Source: Candidatus Omnitrophota bacterium (GTDB taxonomy: Bacteria; Omnitrophota; Gorgyraeia; Gygaellales; Profunditerraquicolaceae). Taken from it: a stretch of 64,000 nt of DNA. Positions 39,088 through 48,700 of this stretch are shown piece after piece. Position 1 is the first letter of the stretch, and the number at the start of each line of letters is the position of its first letter. Where the stretch lies: positions 15,001-79,000 of the forward strand of contig JAZDMX010000014.1 of assembly GCA_043800555.1 (NCBI GenBank). Reading direction: 5' to 3'. The notes under the pieces were generated by a model. The model ran no database searches, had not been told where the DNA came from, and worked only from the letters and a program-made list of their open reading frames with translations. A program made the translations under genes and the position numbers.

Positions 39088-40512
39088 ATGTCCTACCTTA
39101 AAGCGCTTGGATACGCGGAGTCTTTTACCAATTACGAAAAGCATTCCAGGTATTCGTATAAAGAAGCGCTGGGCCTGGAGCGTATCCGATCCTTCCTGGA
39201 TTTAATCCATAATCCGCAAGCGGGCTTAAAGTCTATCCATATAGCCGGGACAAAAGGCAAGGGCTCAAGTTCTGCCTTTATTGCCTATATGCTAAGAGAG
39301 GCGGGATTTAAGTCCGGGCTTTATACCTCTCCGCACTTGTCGGACTTTAGGGAACGGATTAGGATTCTGAAGCCGCATCCGGCATCCGGCATCCGGCATC
39401 CGGAATTCGAGGGGATGATCCCCAAGCGCGCATTCGCCGCTTTGGTTTCCAGGTTAAAACCCGCAATAGAGAAACATAATCGTATTTCAAGATATGGGCC
39501 GCTTACTTTCTTCGAAGTGTGCACGGCAATAGCCTTTTGTTATTTCAAAGAAGAAAATGTGGACTTCGCCGTTTTAGAAACCGGATTAGGCGGGAGGCTG
39601 GATGCGACGAATGTGGTTAATCCGCTTGTCAGCGTAATAACGCCCATAAGCTGTGAGCATATGGATAAGCTGGGGCATACTTTAAGTAAGATAGCTGCGG
39701 AGAAAGCCGGTATTATTAAGGGTTGCCGGCCAAGGGTTGAGGGTTACGGCGGCGGGGCAACGTTATCCGCATCCCGTTATTTGCATCCGGTTATTTGCGT
39801 CCCGCCAGTAGTCAGCGCGCCGCAAAAAGAAGAGGCGTTGGCTGTTATCAGAAATAAGTGTAAGAAAGAGAGGGCAAAATTATCGGTAGTAGGGAAAGAC
39901 ATAAAATATAGCGGGAGAGAAGGTAGCTTCAGGGTCAGTAGCTCTTACGGAGAATATCAGGGTTTAAAGATAAGATTGATTGGGGCCCATCAGCTGGCCA
40001 ATGCCGTTACCGCGTTAACCGCAATCGAATCTCTGCGGGCATATGGCATTAAACTCGGTATTGATTCTATAAGGCGGGGGCTTTATAATACCCTGTGGCC
40101 GGGTAGATGCGAGGTCGCTAGCAGAAAGCCGTTTATTGTCTTAGATGGCGCGCACAATCCTGCCTCCGCAAGCGCTTTAAAGAAAACGATCCGGGAAAAA
40201 TTCCGTTACCGGAGGCTTATTCTCGTATTGGGCGTATCTAATGATAAAGACATTAAGGCTATAGCGCTCCAGCTTTATGATTTGGCCGATACGGTCATAT
40301 TGACCAAAGCGAAGAGCCCGCGCGCAGCCAGCCCTTACGCGCTGAAGAAATATTTTAAAAGTAAACCGGTGCAGGTTACAGATAGCGTAGAGCAGGCAAG
40401 AGATTTGGCCTTAAGCATTTCCAGCGGGGAAGACTTGGTTTTAGTTACCGGCTCCTTGTTGGTGGTGGGCGAAGCGCGGGATAATTTAAAAAGATGGTCA
40501 ACCACGATTTAA
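39088..40512 (+). CDS. folC: Folylpolyglutamate synthase / dihydrofolate synthase.
   Basis: P-loop IHIAGTKGKGSS and a Mur-ligase fold; the ORF is open from 39043. Confidence 0.75.
   Translation: MSYLKALGYAESFTNYEKHSRYSYKEALGLERIRSFLDLIHNPQAGLKSIHIAGTKGKGSSSAFIAYMLREAGFKSGLYTSPHLSDFRERIRILKPHPASGIRHPEFEGMIPKRAFAALVSRLKPAIEKHNRISRYGPLTFFEVCTAIAFCYFKEENVDFAVLETGLGGRLDATNVVNPLVSVITPISCEHMDKLGHTLSKIAAEKAGIIKGCRPRVEGYGGGATLSASRYLHPVICVPPVVSAPQKEEALAVIRNKCKKERAKLSVVGKDIKYSGREGSFRVSSSYGEYQGLKIRLIGAHQLANAVTALTAIESLRAYGIKLGIDSIRRGLYNTLWPGRCEVASRKPFIVLDGAHNPASASALKKTIREKFRYRRLILVLGVSNDKDIKAIALQLYDLADTVILTKAKSPRAASPYALKKYFKSKPVQVTDSVEQARDLALSISSGEDLVLVTGSLLVVGEARDNLKRWSTTI
39376..39403 (+). repeat. Perfect tandem heptanucleotide repeat (CATCCGG) x4 inside folC.
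   Basis: catccggcatccggcatccggcatccgg, translated in-frame as HPASGIRHP. Confidence 0.9.
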
Positions 40513-41912
40513 GCGATACGATAGCGGCTATTTCAACTCCGGTGGGACAAGGGGGTATAGGGATAGTGCGTTTAAGCGGGAGAGAGTCGCTCAATATCTG
40601 CGACAAGATATTTGTTTCCCCTTCCGGGAAGAAGCCCTCGGCGTTTAAAACATATACTACGCATTACGGTTGGATTGTGAATAAATCAGCTGGCGAGCGG
40701 GCTAGAAGTTCCTCTCCTCCGGCAAAGATTATCGACGAGGTGATCCTTACTGTTATGCGTTCTCCCGGATCCTACACCAGGGAGGATATTGCCGAGATAA
40801 ATTGCCATGGCGGTATAGTGGCTTTACGCGATACGCTTAACCTGGTTTTAGACAATGGGGCGCGCCTGGCTAACCCGGGGGAATTCACCAAGCGCGCGTT
40901 CCTGAACGGAAGGATAGACCTGACCCAAGCCGAAGCAGTTTTGGATATCATCCGCGCCAAGACAGATTCGGCTTTAAAAATGGGGATCAAACAGCTTAAA
41001 GGCGGATTATCCGGGCAGATAAACAAACAGAGGGAATCTTTATTGAGCGTTCTTGCCGAATTGGAAGCCGGCATTGATTTTCCGGAAGAAGAAACCCCCG
41101 CCCCCGGGCAAAAATCAATCTCCGGGAGAATCGAAGAAATAAGCAAGGGGCTGGAAAAGTTGATCAAGGGTTCGAGACTCTCCAGAATATTGCGCGAGGG
41201 TATACATGTGGTCATCTGCGGCAAGCCTAATTCCGGAAAATCATCGTTATTAAACGCGCTCCTAGAGGAAGAGCGCTCCATCGTGACTCCTGTTGCCGGG
41301 ACTACCCGCGACGCCATAGAAGAGGTAATCGACATTCGGGGGATACCGGTCAAAATCGTTGATACTGCCGGTATTTTGAAGCCGCGGGATTTGGTGGAGA
41401 GAAAGGCAGTAAAGCGTTCCAAAGAGCGCATTGCTTCGGCGGATTTAGCGATAATTTTGTTCGATGGAAGCAGGAAGCTGTCAAAAGAAGACTTGTTTAT
41501 AATCAATAAATTAAAGAAAAAGAAGGCGATTGCCCTGGTAAACAAAATCGATCTTAAGCAAAAGATCGAGCGGGATAAGCTATCGACTTTCTTCAAAGAT
41601 TTCCTGGAGATATCGGCGAAAAAGGGAAAAAACATATCCCTGATTGAGGATGCAATCGCGGATTTTGTGTACGGCGGTAATATCGCCGGATCCGAATCCA
41701 TTATGGCGGCGAATTTGCGGTGCGTTAAAATTATCCAAAAGGCAAAGATTGCTATTGCGCATGCGCAAAGTTCATTAGATAATAACCTATCCCCTGAATT
41801 CATCGCGCAAGGGCTCAAGGAAGCGTTATGGTTTTTAGATGAAATATTAGGCAAGAGGTTTTCCGAGGATATGCTGGATAAGATATTTTCGGAATTCTGC
41901 ATAGGTAAATAA
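40494..41912 (+). CDS. mnmE: tRNA modification GTPase MnmE.
   Basis: G-domain GKPNSGKSSLLNAL and the C-terminal CIGK motif. Confidence 0.8.
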   Translation: MVNHDLSDTIAAISTPVGQGGIGIVRLSGRESLNICDKIFVSPSGKKPSAFKTYTTHYGWIVNKSAGERARSSSPPAKIIDEVILTVMRSPGSYTREDIAEINCHGGIVALRDTLNLVLDNGARLANPGEFTKRAFLNGRIDLTQAEAVLDIIRAKTDSALKMGIKQLKGGLSGQINKQRESLLSVLAELEAGIDFPEEETPAPGQKSISGRIEEISKGLEKLIKGSRLSRILREGIHVVICGKPNSGKSSLLNALLEEERSIVTPVAGTTRDAIEEVIDIRGIPVKIVDTAGILKPRDLVERKAVKRSKERIASADLAIILFDGSRKLSKEDLFIINKLKKKKAIALVNKIDLKQKIERDKLSTFFKDFLEISAKKGKNISLIEDAIADFVYGGNIAGSESIMAANLRCVKIIQKAKIAIAHAQSSLDNNLSPEFIAQGLKEALWFLDEILGKRFSEDMLDKIFSEFCIGK

Positions 41913-41975
41913 GGCCGTTTTCGGAGCTTTGCGGCGGCAAGAACGGAATTTACCCTGCCGAATACAAGGAGAACC

Positions 41976-42533
41976 ATGAATAAGAAAAAGATTGAAAAGG
42001 CGGTTCGCGACATATTGGAAGCGATCGGGGAGGACCCGAAGAAAAAGGACCTTCTGGAAACCCCCAAACGCGTGGCTGAAATGTATGAAGAGATTTTTGC
42101 CGGGATCAAGCTTGACCCCGAGGAAGAGCTGGAGGTGGTCCTTGACCAGAAGCACCATGAGATTATACTGCTTAAAGATATCCCCCTATATTCAATATGC
42201 GAGCATCACCTTTTGCCTTTTATCGGCAAAGCCAGCATAGCTTATATACCGAGAAATGGCCGGGTAACAGGATTAAGCAAGCTAGCCCGGGTAGTTGATG
42301 TTTTGGCGCGCAGGCCGCAGGTGCAGGAACGCCTGACTACGCAGGTCGCCGAGATTATTATGTCTAAATTAAAGCCTTTGGGGGTAATGGTGGTCCTTGA
42401 GGCAGAGCATCTGTGTATGTCTATGCGCGGCGTAAAAAAACCCGGGACATTGACGGTTACTTCGGCTGTGCGCGGCATATTCAAAGAGAACGAGAAAACC
42501 CGCTCAGAGGCGCTGGCATTGATCAAATCTTGA
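41976..42533 (+). CDS. folE: GTP cyclohydrolase I.
   Basis: CEHHLLPF and the HQ motif region; 185 aa. Confidence 0.85.
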   Translation: MNKKKIEKAVRDILEAIGEDPKKKDLLETPKRVAEMYEEIFAGIKLDPEEELEVVLDQKHHEIILLKDIPLYSICEHHLLPFIGKASIAYIPRNGRVTGLSKLARVVDVLARRPQVQERLTTQVAEIIMSKLKPLGVMVVLEAEHLCMSMRGVKKPGTLTVTSAVRGIFKENEKTRSEALALIKS

Positions 42534-42613
42534 TTTTAGCTTGCGGTTTGAGCCGCGAGATTTCAAGAAACGGGGTTGCCTGCGGCGTTTGGCAATAAAA
42601 AAAGAGGGCTTTT

Positions 42614-42967
42614 ATGAAGCATGTAAACCAGGGTAAATCGAGCTTTGGGGTGGAGGCAAACATCGCCGCGCTCTTGAGCTATCTTTTTGGTTTTATTTCG
42701 GGCGTTATTTTCTATACCCTGGAGAAAAGAAACAAATTTGTGCGCTTTCACGCTATGCAGTCAATTATAACGTTCGGGTCTTTATTTGTTTTTGGCGCCA
42801 TAGCAAAATTCCTGCCATTCATAGGGTCTATTATTATTACTTGCCTGGGAGTAATCGAAATAGCCCTCTGGGTAATCCTTATGATTAAGGCCTATCAAGG
42901 TAAATATTTCAAGCTGCCGGTCGCCGGAGAGATCGCCTCTCGCCGTTGCCACGCCTGGAGCCATTAA
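42614..42967 (+). CDS. DUF4870-like small membrane protein.
   Basis: Two or three TM helices and an EKRNKFVRFHAMQS motif. Confidence 0.4.
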   Translation: MKHVNQGKSSFGVEANIAALLSYLFGFISGVIFYTLEKRNKFVRFHAMQSIITFGSLFVFGAIAKFLPFIGSIIITCLGVIEIALWVILMIKAYQGKYFKLPVAGEIASRRCHAWSH

Positions 42968-43159
42968 TACAAGGCAAGCGTTGTCTATGGCGGCGAGTTT
43001 TAAGGCATCGGCCCTGCTTTCCTGACGATAGCCGCGCAAAGAAAACGCTTTCTAAAAAATCGAATATAGCCTTGAAACCGGTTTTAAACATAGGCATACT
43101 ATGTATGCACAGTGTTAAAGGCTTTAATTCTGTTTATAATATCCGCGGAGGGATAGCCA

Positions 43160-43501
43160 ATGCCTGATAACTGTCCTGAAGACAAAAGAAAGTCGGTTAG
43201 GTTCCTCATTACTATCCCGCTAAAATACGAAAAACTGGATGTCGAATGCCTTGATTCAAAATACACCCATGATATCAGTTCTCATGGCGTAGGCGTAATC
43301 AGCGCCGAGAAGTTGCCGTTAAACACGCCTATAATCTTATGCCTTAAAATCCCCGATAACGACGAAGAAATAATACTTGAAGCCGAAGCTGTCTGGTCAA
43401 CGCAGGTAGCAGATTCCATGTACAGGTCAGGCCTCAAGCTTAAGAACCCCCCGATTAAGCCGATACCGCTGGTGCTAAGGACTATTTATTCACGGCTATA
43501 G
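43160..43501 (+). CDS. Stand-alone PilZ-domain protein.
   Basis: RKSVR and DISSHGVGV motifs, beta-barrel length. Confidence 0.5.
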   Translation: MPDNCPEDKRKSVRFLITIPLKYEKLDVECLDSKYTHDISSHGVGVISAEKLPLNTPIILCLKIPDNDEEIILEAEAVWSTQVADSMYRSGLKLKNPPIKPIPLVLRTIYSRL

Positions 43502-43550
43502 GCTGCGTAATAATCTCCCGCCAGTTTTCAATATATGAGAAAATGAGGAC

Positions 43551-43620
43551 GAAAAAAAGGGGACGTTTCTACTTTTCCCGAGCTTGGCTGCCGGAAAAGT
43601 AGAAACGTCCCCCTTTTTTT
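43551..43620. repeat. Palindromic element copy 1: 20-bp perfect stem flanked by an A-run and a T-run.
   Basis: The stem ggggacgtttctacttttcc pairs across a 14-nt loop with ggaaaagtagaaacgtcccc, with aaaaaaa before and ttttttt after. The same stem recurs at 47352. Confidence 0.85.
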
Positions 43621-43772
43621 CTCCGAAACGCATAATGTTAATTGACATACTTCTCTCAAAGTAGTATCATATCTTCATTAAAAATAAACCCAAAAATCGC
43701 CCGCGAAGACGCCTGTTTGCTAAAACAGGAAAGCAGCTTGCGCGCGGCGCATAATCCAGATGGACAAGGATA

Positions 43773-44843
43773 TTGACAGTAACAATGATTAAAAAATGCG
43801 TATTTTTCATACCTTTAGCTATTCTGTTTCTTTCAGGATGCGCTACCTATAGTTTTAAAAAAGGCGAAGCGCCTTACAATAATGGTTTTGTAGCCGCCAG
43901 ATACGATAGGGTTATTCCCGAATATACCATTGGAAAGGACAATTCTGTCCCTGATGAGCAGGTTGCCCGCGAGCGTTTCCAGAGGCGGCGCTCGGAAGTA
44001 GAAAGCTATTACAAGAAAATGGGTTATATTGAAAATCGGTTCAAGCAGAGTTTTGTGGATCCTCCGGTTTTTATGATTCAGGCTTTCTTGGGCATATTCC
44101 GGCTGCCCTCTGTCGCTATAGACGACTATAAATATAACCATGACCCGCAGTATAAAAATAGCGTGGATAAAAAGGAAGACGCTGAATACAAGGCTGAAAA
44201 AGAGCGCCTCAAGGCTTTAAGGGAACAGCTAAACGTCTATATCCAGGAAGATTTGCAGAAAGAAGCTCTTTCTGTCCCGGCAGAGCAAAAAAGCGCGGCA
44301 GTATCTAAGGTTAAGGTGAAAATCAAACCTGCGCCCAAAACCAAAGAGCCGGTTCAAGAAAATGCTTTAACGAAAGCGCCTCAAGCGGCAAAAGAAGAGA
44401 GACCTGCGCCTGAAAAAGTTAAAGAGGCGGCCGCTCCTAGCGTTGTTCATCAGGAGCCGTTGCGGGAAAGCGCGGCAGCCAACGAAATTGTTTTGCCCGT
44501 AGTTGCCGTAAGCGGCAATCCCCAGGCAATAGCGCCGGCATTAATCAAGGATGATAAACCGTTAAAATCTCCTGTTGCAGTAATTATCGCCAAGCCGTTA
44601 ACGGGAAATTCCCCCTTACTTGTCCAATTCGACGGTTCAAAATCCTATTCATCCAGCTCCAGGATAGTTTCATATTTTTGGGATTTCGGCGACGGAGACA
44701 GCTCTACTAGGAGAAACCCCTCCAATACTTATTGGAGCACAACTTACGGAAAACCGCGTCAATACACCGCAAGGCTTACGGTAAAAGACAGTAAAGGAAA
44801 CACCGGAGATGCCAGCGTCATTATCGAAGTGCTTACCAGATAG
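43773..44843 (+). CDS. Lipoprotein with a Lys/Ala/Pro-rich linker and a C-terminal PKD domain.
   Basis: Lipobox LSGCA; the PKD motif WDFGDGDSS...YTARLTVKDSKGNTG. Confidence 0.5.
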   Translation: MTVTMIKKCVFFIPLAILFLSGCATYSFKKGEAPYNNGFVAARYDRVIPEYTIGKDNSVPDEQVARERFQRRRSEVESYYKKMGYIENRFKQSFVDPPVFMIQAFLGIFRLPSVAIDDYKYNHDPQYKNSVDKKEDAEYKAEKERLKALREQLNVYIQEDLQKEALSVPAEQKSAAVSKVKVKIKPAPKTKEPVQENALTKAPQAAKEERPAPEKVKEAAAPSVVHQEPLRESAAANEIVLPVVAVSGNPQAIAPALIKDDKPLKSPVAVIIAKPLTGNSPLLVQFDGSKSYSSSSRIVSYFWDFGDGDSSTRRNPSNTYWSTTYGKPRQYTARLTVKDSKGNTGDASVIIEVLTR

Positions 44844-44866
44844 GTTATCTCATAGGGGCAGTCCTA

Positions 44867-45700
44867 TTGAAGGGATCCCAGGCCTTAAATAAACCCAAAG
44901 ACAAAATACCCGATTCAAAAATCCGCGTTTTCGTTTTTACTCTTTGTATTCTCGGTTTTCTACCGGTTATTGCTCAAGCCGAAATAGCAGATTCTTCCTG
45001 GCAGGTCAATAAATCCCAGCATTTCATAATTTATTACCGGGGCGCCCAGCCGTCTTTGGTTAACGATCTTGCCAGTAAAGCCGAGGCTTATTATAACGGC
45101 ATATTGGAGGAACTGGGTTACCGCAGGTTTGTTTTCTGGAATTGGGATAACCGCGCCAAGATTTATCTTTACGACGATGCGCAAGCATTCCAGAGAGATA
45201 CCGGGCATTCTTTATGGGCGGGAGCGATAGTTTCCGTGAATGGGCGCCGCATTAAAACTTATATCGGGCAAAGCGGGTTTCTTGATTCCATACTCCCTCA
45301 TGAAATGACCCATATAATCTTCCGCGAATTCATCGGGTTGAATACTCCGCTGCCTCTTTGGATTGACGAAGGGGTAGCTAGTTCCCAGGAAAAAAGTTAC
45401 CTTAATTCCCGGCTCCAAATTGCCCGGCAGCTTATCGCGCAGAATAAATATTATGATATCGGCGCGCTATCCGGATTAAGCCGGCCGGATGAAGATATAG
45501 CGCCCGATGTTTTTTATTCGGAAGCGGCGTCCTTGATTGTTTTTCTTATCCGCCAGAAAGGCAGGGATAGTTTTCTGGATTTCAGCCGGCTCCTGCGCGA
45601 CGGCGCGGACTGGAGAAAAGCCCTTTTAAGGGCATTCAACTTCTCCAGCTTTCAAGAGTTAGAGGCCGAATGGAAGGATTTTATGTTGAAGCAGGGATGA
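44867..45700 (+). CDS. Secreted HExxH protein, a putative zinc metallopeptidase.
   Basis: Signal peptide and a HEMTH motif. Confidence 0.4.
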   Translation: MKGSQALNKPKDKIPDSKIRVFVFTLCILGFLPVIAQAEIADSSWQVNKSQHFIIYYRGAQPSLVNDLASKAEAYYNGILEELGYRRFVFWNWDNRAKIYLYDDAQAFQRDTGHSLWAGAIVSVNGRRIKTYIGQSGFLDSILPHEMTHIIFREFIGLNTPLPLWIDEGVASSQEKSYLNSRLQIARQLIAQNKYYDIGALSGLSRPDEDIAPDVFYSEAASLIVFLIRQKGRDSFLDFSRLLRDGADWRKALLRAFNFSSFQELEAEWKDFMLKQG

Positions 45701-45723
45701 GAGCAAAACGGCAAATTTTGTTT

Positions 45724-47247
45724 TTATAAGCTTCTGTCTAAACTCCGGTATTGCACTGCTTCAGAGACGTGTTGCGCAAGGATTACCTCTGAACCCTCCA
45801 AATCCGCAATTGTCCTTGAGATCTTCAGTATCTTATCATATGCCCGGGCGCTAAAATTCAGTTCATGCATCGCCATCTTGAGTAATTCGTTTTCATCTTT
45901 ACCCAGGGGGCAAAACCTCCTCAATAACTTGTGGTTCATCTGGGAGTTAGAAAAAACACCCGCAAAAGACAACCGCCGCGCTTGCATCGCGCGGGCATCC
46001 TTGACCCTCGCTTTAATTGCAGCCGAAGATTCAGCGTCATTGAGGTCAACCAGTTCTTTATATTTCACCGGAGGCAATTCAATATGTATGTCTATCCTGT
46101 CTAAAAGCGGGCCGGATATTTTTCCCATATACCGGGCAATCTTATCCGGATTGCAGCGGCATACTTTACGCGGGTCAGTGTAATAGCCGCAGGGACAGGG
46201 GTTCATGGCGGCGACTAATACAAAAGAGGCGGGAAAGACCAGGGATTTAAATATCCGCGATATGCGAATCAAGCCGTCTTCAAGCGGCTGCCGCAAGGCT
46301 TCAAGGCAGTCACGCCTGAATTCCGGAAGTTCATCCAGAAAAAGCACGCCCTGATGCGCCAGGCTTATTTCTCCCGGAATCGGGATTGAGCCGCCGCCTA
46401 CCAGGGCAGCGCTGGAAATAGTATGGTGAAGGGAGCGAAACGGCCGGGTAGCCACGACCCCGTCTTGATTCGCCAGGGATCCGGCTACCGAATGGATTTT
46501 ACTTACTTCCAGCGTTTCTTCAATGGTCATCTCCGGCATAATCGTAGGTATTCTTTTGGCCAGCATAGTTTTTCCGCTTCCGGGAGGGCCGATCATCAGG
46601 ATGTTGTGCCCTCCGGCTATGGCTATTTCAAGGGCCCTTTTTGCCAGGTATTGGCCTTTTACCTCTGAGAAATCTACGTTATAGCGGCTCTTTTGGGATA
46701 AGTTTAAAGGGTCGGCTTGAAAAGGCTTGAAGTTAGCCGGGTTATTCAAGAATTCCACGCTTTCCCGTAAGGCCTTAAGGGCGAATATAGAGGCCCCGGA
46801 TACTATGGCCGCTTCTCCGGCGTTTTTTTCCGGGACTATTATCTTCTTGCAGGAGGATTTACTTACTGCCATAGCTATCGGCAGCATGCCGCGCACCGGC
46901 CTAAGAGAGCCGTCTAAGGACAATTCTCCCAAGACAAAATAATTTGATAGCCCGGAATTATTTATTTGTTCGGTAGCTGCCAGTATGCCCAGGGCTATCC
47001 CCAAGTCAAAATAAGCGCCTTCTTTTTTGATTCCGGAAGGAGCCAGGCTTATAGTGACCCTTTCAGCCGGCCAGATAAAGCCGGAGTTTTTGATCGCGCT
47101 CTTTACCCTTTCTTTGCTTTCTTTTACCGCAGAATCCGGCAGGCCCACTACGTTTACAGCCGGCAGGCCCCGGGAAACATCTACTTCGATCTCTACGGGG
47201 AAGGCTTCTATTCCGTGTATCCCAAAACTTAATACTTTAGCTAACAT
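45724..47247 (-). CDS. comM: Mg-chelatase-like AAA+ ATPase ComM/YifB.
   Basis: Lon-like N-terminus, Walker A GPPGSGKT, and a ChlI-type C-terminus; 507 aa. It is the only minus-strand gene in the window. Confidence 0.8.
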   Translation of the reverse strand: MLAKVLSFGIHGIEAFPVEIEVDVSRGLPAVNVVGLPDSAVKESKERVKSAIKNSGFIWPAERVTISLAPSGIKKEGAYFDLGIALGILAATEQINNSGLSNYFVLGELSLDGSLRPVRGMLPIAMAVSKSSCKKIIVPEKNAGEAAIVSGASIFALKALRESVEFLNNPANFKPFQADPLNLSQKSRYNVDFSEVKGQYLAKRALEIAIAGGHNILMIGPPGSGKTMLAKRIPTIMPEMTIEETLEVSKIHSVAGSLANQDGVVATRPFRSLHHTISSAALVGGGSIPIPGEISLAHQGVLFLDELPEFRRDCLEALRQPLEDGLIRISRIFKSLVFPASFVLVAAMNPCPCGYYTDPRKVCRCNPDKIARYMGKISGPLLDRIDIHIELPPVKYKELVDLNDAESSAAIKARVKDARAMQARRLSFAGVFSNSQMNHKLLRRFCPLGKDENELLKMAMHELNFSARAYDKILKISRTIADLEGSEVILAQHVSEAVQYRSLDRSL

Positions 47248-47343
47248 ATTCCCCCTCCTTAATTTGAGCGTAAGGCTATCCTGCCGCAGGTTAGCCAGCG
47301 CTCTTACTTAAATAGACGTAAGAAACAGCTAAATCTAACAGAG

Positions 47344-47415
47344 AAAGAGCCGAAAAGAAAATGGGGACGTTTCTACTTTTCCCGCACCTAAAGCCAGAAA
47401 AGTAGAAACGTCCCC
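47344..47415. repeat. Palindromic element copy 2: the same 20-bp stem as at 43559.
   Basis: tggggacgtttctacttttcc pairs across a 12-nt loop with agaaaagtagaaacgtcccca. Confidence 0.85.
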
Positions 47416-47491
47416 ATTTTCTTTTTCACCCGTTTTCTACTAACAGAGAAAAGGCTTGCAATTTGGGGCTCTGATTATATAATATTGCGTT

Positions 47492-48034
47492 ATGAGCAGG
47501 CGAATGCTGGTCAACATTCCTATTTTGCTCTTGGTAAGCGTAGTTGGCGCAATTGCCCTGAGGCATCTCTATTTCTTAAGCGAAAGAGTCCCTATTCTTG
47601 AAAATCAGGAACAAAACCTTTTGCAAGAGCTTAAGAAAGAGAAAATGGTTTCCTGGCAGCTGAATGCCGAGAACGTAACGTTAAAAGCTTATTTAAGGAG
47701 CGCCCAGAAGAGGATAAATAAATCTTTTACGGTTTTAGGCAGGCTGGAAAAAGCAGTAGAGGCAGCGGACAGGCTTAAAGCGCAGTATTCCATGCTCAAG
47801 GCTGAAAACAGCGCGCTTTTGGAAGACCGAAACAAGCTTGCCGGGAAAAACGAAGCAATAAAGGTAAAATTAGATTCCGCGCAGGAGCCTAAAGATGCGG
47901 TTAAGGAAGTAAAAAAAGAGGCTAAGCCGGGGGTTAAGGCAGAAGATAACCGGGGGGTTTTGTTTAAAGCAAAACAGCCGGCTTCCGCTTCAAGAATTAC
48001 CATAGAAGTGGTTCCTGCTGCAAGCCAAAAATAA
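47492..48034 (+). CDS. Membrane-anchored coiled-coil protein (hypothetical).
   Basis: An N-terminal TM helix followed by heptad-rich, Lys/Ala-rich sequence. Confidence 0.3.
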   Translation: MSRRMLVNIPILLLVSVVGAIALRHLYFLSERVPILENQEQNLLQELKKEKMVSWQLNAENVTLKAYLRSAQKRINKSFTVLGRLEKAVEAADRLKAQYSMLKAENSALLEDRNKLAGKNEAIKVKLDSAQEPKDAVKEVKKEAKPGVKAEDNRGVLFKAKQPASASRITIEVVPAASQK

Positions 48035-48480
48035 TGAAAGAGATACTGACCCAGTTATCCCAAAATAAGATTTTTCTGACGACTCTTTCAGCTTGGTTAA
48101 TTGCCCAGGTTTTAAAGGTGCTTATCGGTGTCGCGCAGAAGAAGAGGTTTGATTTTCGCTTATTCGTAGGCACGGGCGGGATGCCCTCCAGCCACGTAGC
48201 CGGGGCGGCATGCTTAGCTACCGCGATAGGCTTAGATTATGGTTTTGACAGTGTTTATTTTGCTTTGGCTGCTTCATTTGCCATTGTAGTTATGTTTGAT
48301 GCTCAAGGCGTGCGCCGGGCAACAGGTAAACAGGCGCGTATCTTAAATAAAATAACCGAGGACATTTACTGGCAGGGAAAGATTCATGACGGACGTCTGC
48401 GCGAGCTCATCGGCCATACGCCGCTTGAAGTAATCGGCGGATTTCTCGTCGGAGTGCTCATAGCGATGTTGGCGCATTAA
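48034..48480 (+). CDS. DUF212-family (divergent PAP2 / acid phosphatase-like) membrane protein.
   Basis: GGMPSSHVA and FDAQGVRR motifs. Confidence 0.5.
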   Translation: MKEILTQLSQNKIFLTTLSAWLIAQVLKVLIGVAQKKRFDFRLFVGTGGMPSSHVAGAACLATAIGLDYGFDSVYFALAASFAIVVMFDAQGVRRATGKQARILNKITEDIYWQGKIHDGRLRELIGHTPLEVIGGFLVGVLIAMLAH

Positions 48481-48700
48481 AATAACTGAAAGCTATATGC
48501 TGGCCGGTTTCCCGCTTTTTTGCGTCCGGGGGAAAATAGTAATACTTACCGAGCGAAACCAAAAGCGTACACGTAATCCGGGATACGCAATCCAGCAATA
48601 CAATCAACGATAAGAATACAGGAAAGGAAGTGCGCAGTGAACAGGAAGATTTTAATAGTATCCGGCATAATACTGGCGCTTTTGTTTTTAACCGCCCTTT

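Noticed and set aside
40772-42109. 445-aa minus-strand ORF.
   Set aside because: Antisense to mnmE and folE, which are confidently coding; it is a shadow ORF.
42946-43167. 73-aa ORF upstream of the small PilZ gene.
   Set aside because: It sits in an A/T-rich promoter-like intergenic region with a GCATACtatGTATGC palindrome, so it is more likely regulatory DNA than coding.
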